52,083 bases of DNA from Nemertoderma westbladi (lineage: Eukaryota; Animalia; Xenacoelomorpha), in NCBI GenBank assembly GCA_032718475.1, contig JAUCBJ010006319.1:1-52083 (forward strand), read 5' to 3'. Under the pieces are notes generated by a model. The model was not told where the DNA came from, ran no database searches, and saw only the letters and a list, made by a program, of their open reading frames with translations. Below, one piece after another: positions 12,225 to 24,359 of the stretch. The stretch's first letter is position 1, and each line of letters starts with the position of its first letter. Both the position numbers and the translations under genes were made by a program.

Positions 12225-13541
12225 GATTATATGCAGCATAGTAAAGTCACGTGTTAAAAGATTATATGCAGCTTAGTAAACGTCACGTGTTACAAGATTA
12301 TATGCAGCTTAGTAAACGTCACGTGTTACAAGAGTATATGCAGCTTAGTAAACGTCACGTGTTTCAAGATTATATGCAGCTTAGTAAACAACAGGAGTTA
12401 CAAGATTATATGCGGCTTAGTAAACGTCACGTGTTACACGATTATATGCAGCTTAGTAAACGTCACGTGTTACAAGATTATATGCGGCTTAGTAAACGTC
12501 ACGTGTTAAAGATTATATGCAGCTTAGTAAACGTCACGTGTTTCAAGATTATATGCAGCTTAGTAAACAACAGGAGTTACAAGATTATATGCGGCTTAGT
12601 AAACGTCACGTGTTACACAATTATATGCAGCTTAGTAAACGTCACGTGTTACAAGATTATTTGCAGCTTAGTAAACGCCACGTGTTACAAGATTATATGC
12701 AGTTTAGTAAACGTCACGTGTTACAAGATTATATGCAGCTGTGAAAACGTCACGTGTTACAAGATTATATGCAGCTTAGTAAACAACACGTGTTACAAGA
12801 TTATATGCAGCTTAGTAAACGTCACGTGTTCCAAGATTATATGCAGCTTAGTAAACGTCACGTGTTACAAGATTATATGCAGCTTAGTAAACGTCACGTG
12901 TTACAATATTATATGCAGCTTAGTAAACAACACGAGTTACAAGATTATATGCGGCTTAGTAAACGTCACGTGTTACAAGATTATATGCAGCTTAGTAAAC
13001 GTCACGTGTTACAAGATTATTTGCAGTTTAGTAAACGCCACGTGTTACAAGATTATATGCAGTTTAGTAAACGTCACGTGTTACAAGATTATATGCAGCT
13101 GTGAAAACGTCACGTGTTACAAGATTATATGCAGCTTAGTAAACAACACGTGTTACAAGATTATATGCAGCTTAGTAAACGTCACGTGTTCCAAGATTAT
13201 ATGCAGCTTAGTAAACAACACGAGTTACAAGATTATATGCGGCTTAGTAAACGTCACGTGTTACAAGATTATATGCAGCTTAGTAAACGTCACGTGTTAC
13301 AAGATTATTTGCAGTTTAGTAAACGCCACGTGTTACAAGATTATATGCAGTTTAGTAAACGTCACGTGTTACAAGATTATATGCAGCTGTGAAAACGTCA
13401 CGTGTTACAAGATTATATGCCACTTAGTAAGCGTCACGTGTTACAATAATATATGCAGCTTAGTAAACGTCACGTGTTACAAGATTATGTGCAGCTTAGT
13501 AAACGGCACGTGTTACAAGATTATATGCAGCTTAGTAAACG
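12225..13541 (+). repeat. Minisatellite, 36-bp unit, about 36 copies
   Basis: Unit GTAAACGTCACGTGTTACAAGATTATATGCAGCTTA; it explains the 12-aa periodic ORFs in the track. Confidence 0.97.
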
Positions 13542-13945
13542 CACAATTAGTCATAATAAGGTAGGCACTGGTTGGCAGGGCAGTACACAATAGGGTGAGT
13601 GAGGGAGAGTTGATTTTTTTTATAACCCAAAAACTATTGTAAATTACTTAATAATATCACACACAAATCTGCAAAATACATATAGGCTACACCCGCGCGA
13701 CAATGTTTTATTACCTTTTGGTTATTTTTTGTTTTATTGCCAATAAACTTTTTCTGGGTTAAAAAGTAAATTTTTAGCCTTTACTACAGTACAAATGAAA
13801 ATTCGCAACCTAATTTCATTTCATCATAATAGTCCTATTCCCCACATATGTTGACTATTTTTTGCATTATCCTGCCATATATCGTTTTCCAGTTTTGGTT
13901 CATCCGTTTCTAATTATAACAATTAATATAAGAAAAGCCCGTTTG

Positions 13946-14218
13946 GGGAGACTTAACGCCCGAGTGTGAGGGAGACTTGACGCCCGAGTGTGAGGGAGAC
14001 TTGACGCCCGAGTGTGAGGGAGACGTGACGCCCGAGTGTGAGGGAGACTTGACGCCCGAGTGTGAGGGAGACGTGACGCCCGAGTGTGAGGGAGACTTGA
14101 CGCCCGAGTGTGAGGGAGACGTGACGCCCGAGTGTGAGGGAGACTTGACGCCCGAGTGTGAGGGAGACGTGACGCCCGAGTGTGAGGGAGACGTGACGCC
14201 CGAGTGTGAGGGAGACTT
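13946..14218 (+). repeat. Minisatellite, 24-bp unit, about 11 copies
   Basis: Unit GACGCCCGAGTGTGAGGGAGAC(T/G)T, with T/G variants that mostly alternate. Confidence 0.97.
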
Positions 14219-14220
14219 GG

Positions 14221-14422
14221 GAGAATCGGGAAGCCTGGAAGGATCTTATTTCCACTGTCGGAGTTCGCTCGACCTAGTAGTAGTAGTATCGCACCTAATT
14301 CATAATCGAAGTGCCACTCACACTTGTTCAGCGTTCCAACATACAATGCTGTCCCTTCTAAATAGTTTAGTGTATGTATCCTCATTTTTATCGGGTAACA
14401 AAGCATAAACAAGAGGAAAGCC
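14221..14422 (-). repeat. Inverted duplicate of 14817-15032 (MULE/RTE junction)
   Basis: GAGAATCGGGAAGCCTGGAAGGATC..CATAAACAAGAGGAAAGCC is the reverse complement of GGCTTTCCTCTTGTTTATG..GATCCTTCCAGGCTTCCCGATTCTC, with a few substitutions and one ~15-bp indel. Confidence 0.9.
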
Positions 14423-14429
14423 GAATAAA

Positions 14430-14964
14430 CACGAGGAAAGGGATATGCAGGTCGTAGTACTCAATTCAGAAACGAAGTAGAACAAGCTATACCCAGCTAT
14501 TCGAAGTTAGTACGGGGCTTTCATAAAAACCGACGTGTTTCAGTCCCAAGTGTTGTAGACCTAAGGAACCTTCCACTTACCATGATGGCAACACTTCGCG
14601 GTAAACTTGCCTTAGAGGATGACCCTTTCATCGATGAACGCTTTCTTTTTTATGAATGTCAGGAGCCGGATAAACCAATGCTTATTTTTAGTTCTGATAA
14701 CGATTTAAATATGTTGAAGCAAACAGAGCGTGTTATTTGCGACGGCAATCAGAAGTACCAACCGCTGTTGCCATTTGCTTTTGGTCAAATCATCTTCGAT
14801 TTTGTTGAAGGCCAGGGCTTTCCTCTTGTTTATGCATTCTTACCCGATAAAAATGAGGATACATACACTAAACCTTTTAGAAGGGCAGCATTGTATTGAG
14901 ACACCCAGATGTTGGAACGCTGAACAACTGTGAGTGGCACTTCGATTATGAATTAGGTGCGATA
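14430..14964 (+). pseudogene. MULE (Mutator-like) DDE transposase, N-terminal part
   Basis: FLFYE..MLIFSS..L.ML..VICDG..P..F.Q..FPLVYAFLPDKNEDTY..FDYELGAI, the MULE transposase pattern, frameshifted. Confidence 0.85.
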
Positions 14965-16526
14965 CTACTACAACTAGGTCGAGCGAACCTTATACAGTGG
15001 AAATTAGATCCTTCCAGGCTTCCCGATTCTCCATAGTTGTCGCAATTTCGTTTCTCCCAAGTTCAGTATCCCTTTCAAGTTGATCTATATATGTTATGGC
15101 CGGTCGTCCACGACTACGCTTTCCATGAGTTGGTTGTCAGAAAAGTAGATCTGGTATGACCTCGTCTTTTCTTCTCTAGCAGTGCCCACTGAATCGTAAT
15201 CTGCGTTCACGGAGGGTAGTTGATACAGATGGTATTGTACCATAAAGCTCGGCGTTTGTCATGTGTTGTCTCCAGCTGATGTTTAGGGCAGCCCTTAGTA
15301 GTTTTGTGTAGCAACCATCAATTCGTTGTTCAAGTGATTTAGTCAGTGTCCAGGTCTCACCCCCGTATAAAAATACACTTTCCACTGTGGCTCGAAAGAA
15401 CTTAGTCTTCAGGTGCCTGGAGAGATCTGATTTCCAGATGGTATCCATTTTTGATAGAGCTACCCAAGCCTTAGCTTTCCTAACTTCTATGTCCTTTTTG
15501 CTACTCTCTATCCATGATCCAAGGTACTGGAAGTCGTCGACCTTCCTTAGTTGATTATTATCAATGGTTGTCAAGTTTCCATCAACATTAAAGGTCATGA
15601 ATTCAGTCTTGGTAGCATTTATATGCAATCCAACCTCCTTAGCTGCCCTCTCCACTTTATTTAGTAGAAGCTGTGCATCTGCTAGCGTATTAGAGAGCAG
15701 GGCGATGTCATCTGCAAAGTCAGTGTCTGTGACTGTAGTTGCCGGATATCTACTACTTCTGCGTTCTTAAAGTGTGAATCCCAGATCTTCACCCTTTTTG
15801 GCCGTCCTCATTGCGTAATCCAGCACAATTACAAATAGTAATGGTGCTAATGTATCACCTTGCAGTACGCCAGCCAGGATTGAGAAAAACTCCGTTTCAC
15901 CATCTAGTGAGAGTACCTGCGCTTCTGTGTCACAATATAACAATCCAATGCCAGCAACAATTACTTCTGGTATTCCATAAGCTCTTAGGATTTCAAGCAT
16001 TTTACCTCTATGGATGGAGTCGAATGCCTTTTTGAAGTCCACAAAAGTCATGACTGCGGGGAGATTTTTTGACTTAATTCCTTCAATCAGTCTCCGTAGT
16101 GCAAGTATCTGAGCTATTGTTGATCTACTTGGTCGAAATCCGTTTTGGCTCTTTCGCAGTAGTTTCTCTATGTGAGGCCTAATCCTATATAGAATCATTT
16201 TATTGTATATTTTGGCATCTATCACAAGCAGAAAGATCCCACGATAGGTAGTTGGTATGCCGAGGTCTCCTTTCTTGGGGGGAGGCTTTAGTTGACCTTT
16301 AGTCCAAATTGGTGGTGGCTTTTCCCCTTTTAACATCCGGTTGCAAACATTCAATAATGGTCTCTTCAGCACTCCGGTTTTCCATACCGCCGCTGGGATT
16401 TCATCTAATCCACTCGCTTTATTATAGGACATGCTTTTAATGCTTCTTTGGAGTTCGGCAGGTGTGAAGTCCCCTGTTTCTATAGGTAGTGTCTTGTCAT
16501 ACATTTTCATTGTAGGGCTGACCTCG
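14965..16526 (-). mobile_element. 5'-truncated RTE-type LINE with (TAG)n tail and 10-bp TSD
   Basis: RT motifs KASGLDEIP, QNGFRPSRST, FVDFKKAFDSI, GVLQGDTLAP, FADD and FQYLGS; tail at 14965-14977; AGGTGCGATA duplicated at 14955-14964 and 16527-16536. Confidence 0.93.
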
Positions 16527-17200
16527 AGGTGCGATAGGTAGCTGCAAAGTAGTATTTCATGGCTCTAAGACGATTGGGTGTTTATTTCACTATTATGAAA
16601 TGCTATTATAAACGCTATTATGTAATAAACGCTATTATGAAACGGAAAGACGAACTTGGACTTAGAATACTTTATTCTCAGAGTAATGTGGTCAGGGTGT
16701 GGTTCCGGCGCAGTTCCGTTGCCGTTGTTGCCACGAGAACTGATCAATGCAGTTTCATCCCAACTATGTGACGACGTGCCTCAGAACCTACAGTAGCGTG
16801 GGGTATATCCAGCAATGCAGCTCTTCTTGATTTCGTGGTATACTACAGGGTCTACTGGCTGCGTGATGCCATGACATCTGGTGCAACTTCACCAACCACG
16901 GTTCGCGGACAACTAATCACGCCGAGGGCTTTTTAATTCGTTGCCCACCCATTTCGATCACAAGCGGCACCCGGATCTTGGGGCATTCATTTCCGAGCTC
17001 CAGGTGTGGCACAACGCCGACCGGGTCCAAATGGAAGGGCCAGTAAGCGGAACACGCAACCCGACTCCCCATCTGTCTGCTAGGAATGATTTGGAGATAA
17101 TCGTAGCTAAGGAAAACCAAAGGCATTACCTTTAATGATAACGGGGCCATTCCTCTGGATACTGTTTTAGTCTACTTGGATTACGTCGGCCATCGGCTGG
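16527..17200 (+). pseudogene. MULE transposase, C-terminal part
   Basis: GAIGSCKVVFHGSKTIGCLFH (CxxH motif), AIMKRKDELGL..Y, RTTNHAEG and HPDLGAFISELQ continue the frame broken at 14964. Confidence 0.8.
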
Positions 17201-18198
17201 ACGAATGATCCTATTGCCCCTGTCCAAGGTGTGGTCGGTGAGGAATAAACTAACTTCACACGCATAGAGTACTGTAAACTCCTATATATTTCTATATCGG
17301 CATGTATACTGTAGTGTTTCTTGAATTGTTGTTTTAAATAAATGGATTATTTGCTGTTTGAAAAAAAAAATTGAATCAGGTGAATATGTAAGTCAGTTAC
17401 TTAATTTTTTCATGTATTTGTGAACCCCAATCGAAATCCAACATAGGTGAAAATAGTGCTCAAAAAATGTAGATTTTTCGAAATAATGAAATTCGGCAAC
17501 AAAGCAGGGTTTCTGACCCACTGTTCAGTGGCAAGAGGCCTTTTTGTAAAACCACCTTCCAATCAAGCCAATGATTGTGTAATGTAAATTCAATAGTGGA
17601 TGGCTGGCCAGTAACTCACTGTTTGGTCTTATTGGACTTACTGTAATAAAAAGACCAACACTAGAAGCAGCCTGTTGTAATGAGCTGAGGAGCCGATGGG
17701 CTCCCTCTAGTGATTCTGAGAGTACAGTCCCTATCTCATTCTAGATACCGTTTCTCAAACTGGGTAACTTTTCTCTTACCTCACTCTTACTAACTCAAAC
17801 GTGTCTGGTTTACACAAACCCATCTCAAACTCGCGTAACCACCCACTGTGCACTGTGAAGCATTCATACAACAAGCTGTCTGTGTTTAATGGCCCATTCG
17901 CTTCTGTTATACTCTGCCTACGGGTTTTATGGTCTCCTGCTGTTATAACATTCCCTATACTTGATTTGTTTGTGTGTAATTAACTCCAGTAGACAGTGAG
18001 AATTAAGTTGCAGACTCAGTGACTCAATTTATTTTTAAATTTCAGAATAAAAAAATTATATGCTAAATTATTAAACTGAAGATTTATTAATTTTTTATTA
18101 CATTTATTAAGTATGTATGACTCATAACATATTAACGTTATTTTACATTAAAATATAATCATATAATATAACCAACCAATTTTATAAATTTATTTTAA

Positions 18199-18510
18199 TG
18201 TGACGGTATCCAGTTGAGTTGACAGCGCTGGATACCGACCGGTGTAGGTTGTACGCGTCGTTGCGTCGCTGGGCTGGCTGGGCTGACGGCTGGATAAATA
18301 TGTTTGGCCAAAGGCCGTTAGAAAACAACGGAGTTAGTTGTCAGTATTGATAATCACAGCATTGATAGTAGCACAGTCTGAATATAATAATAATATGCAA
18401 TACAAACAGTAACAGTAACAACGACGACGACGGTCAAAATCTATTCCGGTCTCACAACCGTAAGGGAATCAATAATAATCAGTGATTACAAGAGTTATAT
18501 CATTGACACA
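18199..18510. mobile_element. Possible LTR remnant
   Basis: Begins TGTGACGGTATCCAG with a terminal hairpin, like the TGTGACGGGATCCAG end of the 4670-5247 LTR. The other end and a TSD were not resolved. Confidence 0.35.
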
Positions 18511-18899
18511 TATTGGTTTTAGCCCTACACTACTGGGCGGCCTCTAATATCCAATGGATGGGCTCTTGTCCTCCCCAATGTGCTTTCCTGCCCACTATTG
18601 GCTTATGTATTAATTGTCACTTTGCCACTCCGTTGGTTATGAGGTGAGATTATTATTGGTAATCTCACATCGCCAACTATATTGATAAAATGCCACTAGT
18701 CTCATTTTCGGTGTGTAATGCACGGAATTTAATCCGCTTACACTCCCCCCCATGCTATCTTCCCGGTGAGAAGATAGCATCAACCTCAAGTGTACTTCAA
18801 TTCCGCTGGAATCCAATCTACTATTGGATGTGGGGTGGAATTTTCTACTCGGGGTCGGCTTTCCAGGCCTGCCCCCCATGGGTCTGTTATCACTACCCA

Positions 18900-21128
18900 T
18901 CCTTGGTACATCTGCGAGCTATGTTCTACCCTTGTTTGGTCAGGTCAGGTATTCTAGGACATTGATCAAGAAAACTTGCCACCTCCATGCAGCATAAAGG
19001 AGGTGCCACCTGTAGCTGCATAGACCCTCTTACTAGGGCAAATCTGGTCCTGTAACTAGGACCCCCTTCGTTATGGGATAAGGATGGCCTTGGTCCTGGA
19101 TTAAGGACCCATATACTTGGCTGCAGGGGTATATGGCCTGACCAGGCAGATGGTGATCTACCAATGGCTGGTCAGGAGTAGAGTGTTCTCATATCCACTC
19201 TGAGAGCACTTCACTACGACCTGCACCTGGCAGCAAGGGTACAGGGCATGACCCAGCAGATGAGCTGCAACAGCCAATGGTGGGTCATGTTCGCCAGAGT
19301 AGATATGGGTGATGGGCCTCATATCTGACTCCATTGCGACACCCACCCTGTGGAATGGCAAACCAGGGTGTGGTATTTGCCCCGAGAGCTGACTCGGCAA
19401 AAAAGCACACCCCAACCCCCACTATGGATTACATTAGTAATGCGGATGTCCGGCCACTAGAGGCCAGTGGAATTACCGGATACAATCGGCCTCACAGGCG
19501 TCAGTTAACTCCTGACCGGCTGCCTGGAGAGAGAGCAGCCAACAATTCTTTGAGCCCCTTTCCTGATGACCTTTCTGGCCCAAACCCTGGGTCACCAGGG
19601 AGGCTAGATTGTGATGGGGAGAGGGATTCTGGAGTTGGAGGCTACTCTCATGTTCCACCCCGACCAACAAAGCCATTGGTGAATCTGAGGCAAGTCACTA
19701 GACTAGCCTCAGTAAACACCCTAACACTCGGGTCTCCGATGCGACAAGGTGAGCTGACTGCCTTGGCAGATAAGCCCTCTCTTAGCGCAGTGGGTGTTCA
19801 AGAGCACCGAATGCAGACTAGACAGACTGATGAGGTTCTGATTAAGGACATGGGGGGCGGTTGGCGACTCGCCCTCGCATCAGCAGATGATAGTGGCAAT
19901 GGTGGAATTGGTCTATTGATGAATCCAACTGCACATGCAGCATTGGACAAAATAGACCAAATCACTAACCGCATCATCCGTTGCCACTTCTCATGTTCTG
20001 GAAGACTGGCTAAGAAGTTTCCTAAGGTGGTTCTGATTGTGTGCTACTCTCCAACTAGTGTTGCCCCTGTAGAGGAGGTGGAAAATTTCTACCACAATCT
20101 ACAAGCAGCTACTGATGGAGTGGATCAGCATGCATTCTTAACATTTCTGGGAGACTTTAATGCAAGTCTGCATCAATCACCTACATCGCCCTGGGTCTAT
20201 AGCAATAGTGTTAACCCAAATTTTGTCCATCTTCAGGATTTTATCTCTGGAAATGGACTGTTTTCGGCTGGAACCCAGTTCAAGAAGCGAACTGGAAAGC
20301 TATGGACTCATAGTGGACCCAGTGGTCACAAGTCCCAGATAGACCATATTCTGTTTCGTAGGAAATACAGGAGCTCTATACAAGACTGTAATGCATTTAC
20401 ACTTCGACCATTCTCCAGTGATCACCGCCTTATTGTGGCCAAGGTAAGACTTAGTCTGCGTGCTAGCAGAACAACGAAATCTGCCTTGCCGCGGCATGAC
20501 TGGTCCTCTCTGTTGCAACAGCCAAGTGTGAGATCCAGCTTCATACTACAGCTGAGCAACAGGTATGAGGCTCTTGCCTCTGAGGCGGCAGATCACTGTG
20601 AGGGCTATACTGCCTTTACAGAAGCAGTTAAGTTAGCAGCTGCAGAAACAGTTCCTGTATACCCTCGAAACAGGAAAAGGGCCCCCTGGACTGACAACAA
20701 AATTCAGAAGTGCCGAAATGACCTTCATAAGGCGCAGAAAGAGTCCCGACTCAAACAGACTACAGCAGCCAAGAATGCAGTTAAGGCTGCATCTAGGTCC
20801 CTGAACAGGCAGTACTCTGTTAATCTACCGGAGCTAATAAACCAACAGGTTGATGCCATCAATGATGCTGAAGACAGCAGGCAATCATCCCAGGCATGGA
20901 AATCGATCAATTTGCTTACTGGGCGGAAAAGCCAACCAACCACCAAGGTTAAGGCTGAATCACCAGCCGATCGCCTCAATGGTTGGAAAGCCAACTTTGA
21001 AAAGCTCCTCAATAATGACAGGGTATTGCCTGATAACTTTATAGAAGTAAAAGTGTCTGAGTGTGTACTCCCAGATATTCCCACTGGCGATATCTCCTTT
21101 GCAGAAGTGAAGGCTGCTGCTAAGAGCA
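18900..21128 (+). mobile_element. RTE-type LINE 5' half: GC-rich leader plus ORF with APE endonuclease, truncated before RT
   Basis: ORF 19334-21154: ASVNTLTL, VGVQEHR, GGIGLL, VCYSPT, LGDFNA, WTH..SQIDHIL, SDHRLIVAKVRL. It ends at EVKAAAKSI where a DNA transposon begins. The 5' boundary is approximate. Confidence 0.9.
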
Positions 21129-21132
21129 TTAA

Positions 21133-22140
21133 CCCTATTAGTACCGGGCTATAAAATGTTGTACAAATACCGGGGGGGGGGGGGGGGGGGGGTGGTCATA
21201 TTGACCCCCCCCCCCCCTCCCCGTTTAAAATCTACAAATTTTTACGAAAACGTCTGATTTTTTTGTTTGTACGTAGGTATCACTAGTCTGGATCCGACCG
21301 GAAAAAAATTTTTCGAAAAAATGTACTGGGGTGGTTATATTGCAGCACCAAATTACAAGTAGTGCACAATTTTCACAAAATTTGAAAGTTACAATTTTCG
21401 GCTAATTGTGTTTCAATACAGGTTTTCTGGGGCGCAAAATACATTGGAAAATATTTAAAAATGATATGATTACCATAAATGGCTGTTTAGTCCTCTCTGC
21501 GTAGGAAAAAAATGAAAAAAACAAGTAACCAGCACTTTTCAGTTAGAACACAAAATTTTTAATTCACTTATACGATGCTATAAATTCACATTTTCAGGTT
21601 TTCTAGGGCGCTGATTCTAATGGAATACATTTCTAATATGCCAGATCATTGCTACTTGTATTTTTCGCCGTAATTTGGCAAATGTTGGTGCTAGCACCAA
21701 ATTTCGTACCCATCACCAAAAAGTACAAGTTTGCGATGTCCAGTGCTGTTTTTATTGATTCCATCGGATTCAGGACCCTCATACACCCGTATAAAGCAAG
21801 ATGATACTATCTACTGATCAATTTGCTTATTTTCCAAAATTTGGTGCTGGCACAACAATTTGCACCCACCAGCGAAAAATACAAGTTTGAAAACTCTTAT
21901 GAAATTTTTACTGATTCCATTGAATTCAGAACCCTCACAAACCCGTATAACGCAAGAAACAAGGTGACATAATCAATTTATATATTTGATGGTTTTCAAA
22001 ATTTGGTGCTAGCACCACATTTTGCACCCACTTCCGAAAAATACAAGTTTGAGATGTCTAGTTCGATAATTATACATTCCGTTGAATTCAGAACAGCCAT
22101 AAACATCTAAAACTAAAGAAATAAATTGTCACAAGCGATC
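21133..22140. mobile_element. Non-autonomous DNA transposon end, piggyBac-like, with ~160-bp internal repeats
   Basis: TTAA (21129-21132) followed by CCCT; G-tract/C-tract hairpin; TTGGTGCT(A/G)GCAC units at about 21685, 21841 and 22002. The second end is not seen. Confidence 0.55.
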
Positions 22141-22142
22141 AC

Positions 22143-23551
22143 AACCCCCATTCACCCACACCGGCGTAGATCTCTTCGGACCCTTCGATGTCAAGCGCGC
22201 CCGTACAATGGTGAAAAGATGGTGTGTCATCTTCGTTTGCATGACTTTCCGAGCCATTTATTTGGATATGGTTAACGATATGTCAATGAAAAGTTTTATC
22301 CTTTGCCCGAGAAGACAAATCGGTCGATTTGGTACTAGCCGCACTATGAGATCTGATCAGGGAACGAATTTTGTGGGCGCCAACAAGGAAATCACTAAAT
22401 TCATAGACGATTGGAACGATCACTCACCAGCTAGAAGAACATCTAAGGGTATCGGCATCAACATGGACGTTTAACACAGCCGATGCGCCTTGGTGGGGTG
22501 GAAGTTGGGAAAGACTAATTAAGAGTACAAAGATCGCGTTCCACCATATTATCCCATGTAAAGCCTATCTAACTGATGAGCTACTCCAAACTCTTTTAGA
22601 GGAAATAGCGAGTTATTTAAACGATAGGCCTCTCTTACCTATTTCATCTAATCCACAAGCGATGGAGCCACTAACACCATCCCATTTTATGCTGAAAAAA
22701 CCAGTAACCATGTCACCGAAATCCACAACTCAGGATGGTGATGAGCTGCTGAGACGCACCTGGCAAATGATGCAATTATTATCCCGTCGATTTGCCACAC
22801 ATTTTGAAAGACACTATTTACCGTCGGTTCATCTTAGAACCAAATGGTTTTCTAAGAAGGAAAATGTGTCAGTTGGCGACATTGTTCTCTTAGTGGATCA
22901 AGACCTACCTAGAAAAAACTTGGAAACAGGTCGGATAACAGAAATTCATCAAGGGGATGATGGTTTGGTACTACTAGGATCGGCATGCTGCATTGCAGCT
23001 GCATTTTTAAGAATGCTGTGCCGGCTTATCGACAAAATTGCACCGCCACAACTCCCTATCACCCATGACATTTGCTAAGATCATCCGCATCTTCAAGGCC
23101 AGTGTCCTTTAAGATGCGTCTCAAGAAAGTAATGGGCTGTCCACCATGCTTATTCACTCCATGAGGCTGCCAAAGTACAAGATTATGCACTGGCTGGTCC
23201 TCACGGCGAAAGCAATGTCCTGCAAATGGTTTGGTACGCTCAGTTGAACTGGCTATTTGAAAAGCTACACCTAAACCGAAAGTACACTATTTCAACCGAC
23301 CCATCGGACGCCTTTGTTTATTAGAACTGGCAAGGGAACGTTCTGGTAACTACGGGCAACAGAGAGTTAGACCAAGCAGTCTGACATACAAACTTGAATA
23401 ACGTCTTGTAGTAGGTTACGATTGAGTGTGTAATTATAATTAACCACTTAGTATAATGTAGGTATTAGTATTAGACTATGATGCGCACATAGCAATAAAA
23501 CCTACTTCCGTTAATTGTACGTTGTATATGACGGCCGCATATTGTGCAACA
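22143..23551 (+). mobile_element. BEL/Pao LTR retrotransposon 3' fragment (integrase, DUF5641-type tail, partial LTR)
   Basis: PFTHTGVDLFGPF, F.CMT.RAI.L, SDQGTNFVGA, APWWGGSWERLI, LNDRPL, LTPSHF, GDDGLVRSV and RPIGRLCLLE; then AATAAA near 23494 and an LTR-like end CAACA at 23551. Confidence 0.9.
22972..23225 (-). mobile_element. Short 3' RTE LINE insertion with 12-bp TSD inside the BEL element
   Basis: ATGGTTTGGTAC at 22960-22971 and 23226-23237; the insert is nearly identical to 10080-10297 and has a short (TAG)n tail. Confidence 0.92.
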
Positions 23552-24359
23552 ATTTAATTTAACAGTAAATTATTTGACTTAAAACTTAAATAATTTAAAA
23601 ATAAGTGACTAATTACTAACGCCAATACTAAATCGTGGAAGCGGATTGTGCGATGTTACAGGCATAGATATATGCATTTTTTCAAAAAATTTTACGAAAT
23701 TAAACTTCAATAAATAATAATTAATAATCACAATTAAAATTAATATCGCCATAAATGCCCAAATAACTATTACAGTAGTTACTAATGTGAAATAAGTGTG
23801 AGAGGTGAGCATTCTAATTTCTATTTATCAATATGTCACGGAACAATTAATTAAATAACAATGAAACAACGTGTTTCCCAGGAAACATAGTTAGAACTCG
23901 TACAACTGTAAATGCAATTGTTTAACACAGTTTGTATGGGAGAGGTAATATTGTTATCATGGATACATAAAACAGTGACATTCTGGTAAATGTTTAAAGT
24001 TAAGCGTTTCTGAACCGTATTTTGAACGAATGTTAGCCAAAAGTGCACAAATAAGCACCAAATTAAGCTAAATAGAGTGAAAGACCCATAATTAGTGTCA
24101 GATTTAAGGTACATACAATTGTCCAACCCTCCATAGATACTATAGTCGCAATAGATCAGTGATGGCTCCGGGCCAGTCCCCCGTCTCCCTGGCTTGAAGA
24201 GAGTTTAGCATTTAGTCACGATATTTCGGTACCGCTGGTAGTTGCAAACTCGATTCTTGCCATAAGGGATTGACCAGGGACTGCGCTGCAGCGTGTCTCG
24301 ACGCTTTGGGGCGGTGACGCTCACCTACCCCTATATACACTTATCTACTCGAACTCATA

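Noticed and set aside
12251-13564. 437-aa Cys-rich ORF (CYKIICSLVNVT repeats) as a real protein
   Set aside because: It is the translation of a 36-bp minisatellite that is open in two frames, changes frame at a 1-bp deletion, and has no unique domain or signal peptide.
13900-14412. Overlapping repetitive ORFs on both strands
   Set aside because: Products of the 24-bp array plus the inverted MULE fragment.
18970-19045. HDV-like ribozyme in the RTE 5' leader
   Set aside because: ATGCA/TGCAT and a GCCACCTGTAGC loop are suggestive, and RTE elements can carry such ribozymes, but P1.1, P2 and P4 could not be paired consistently in this copy.
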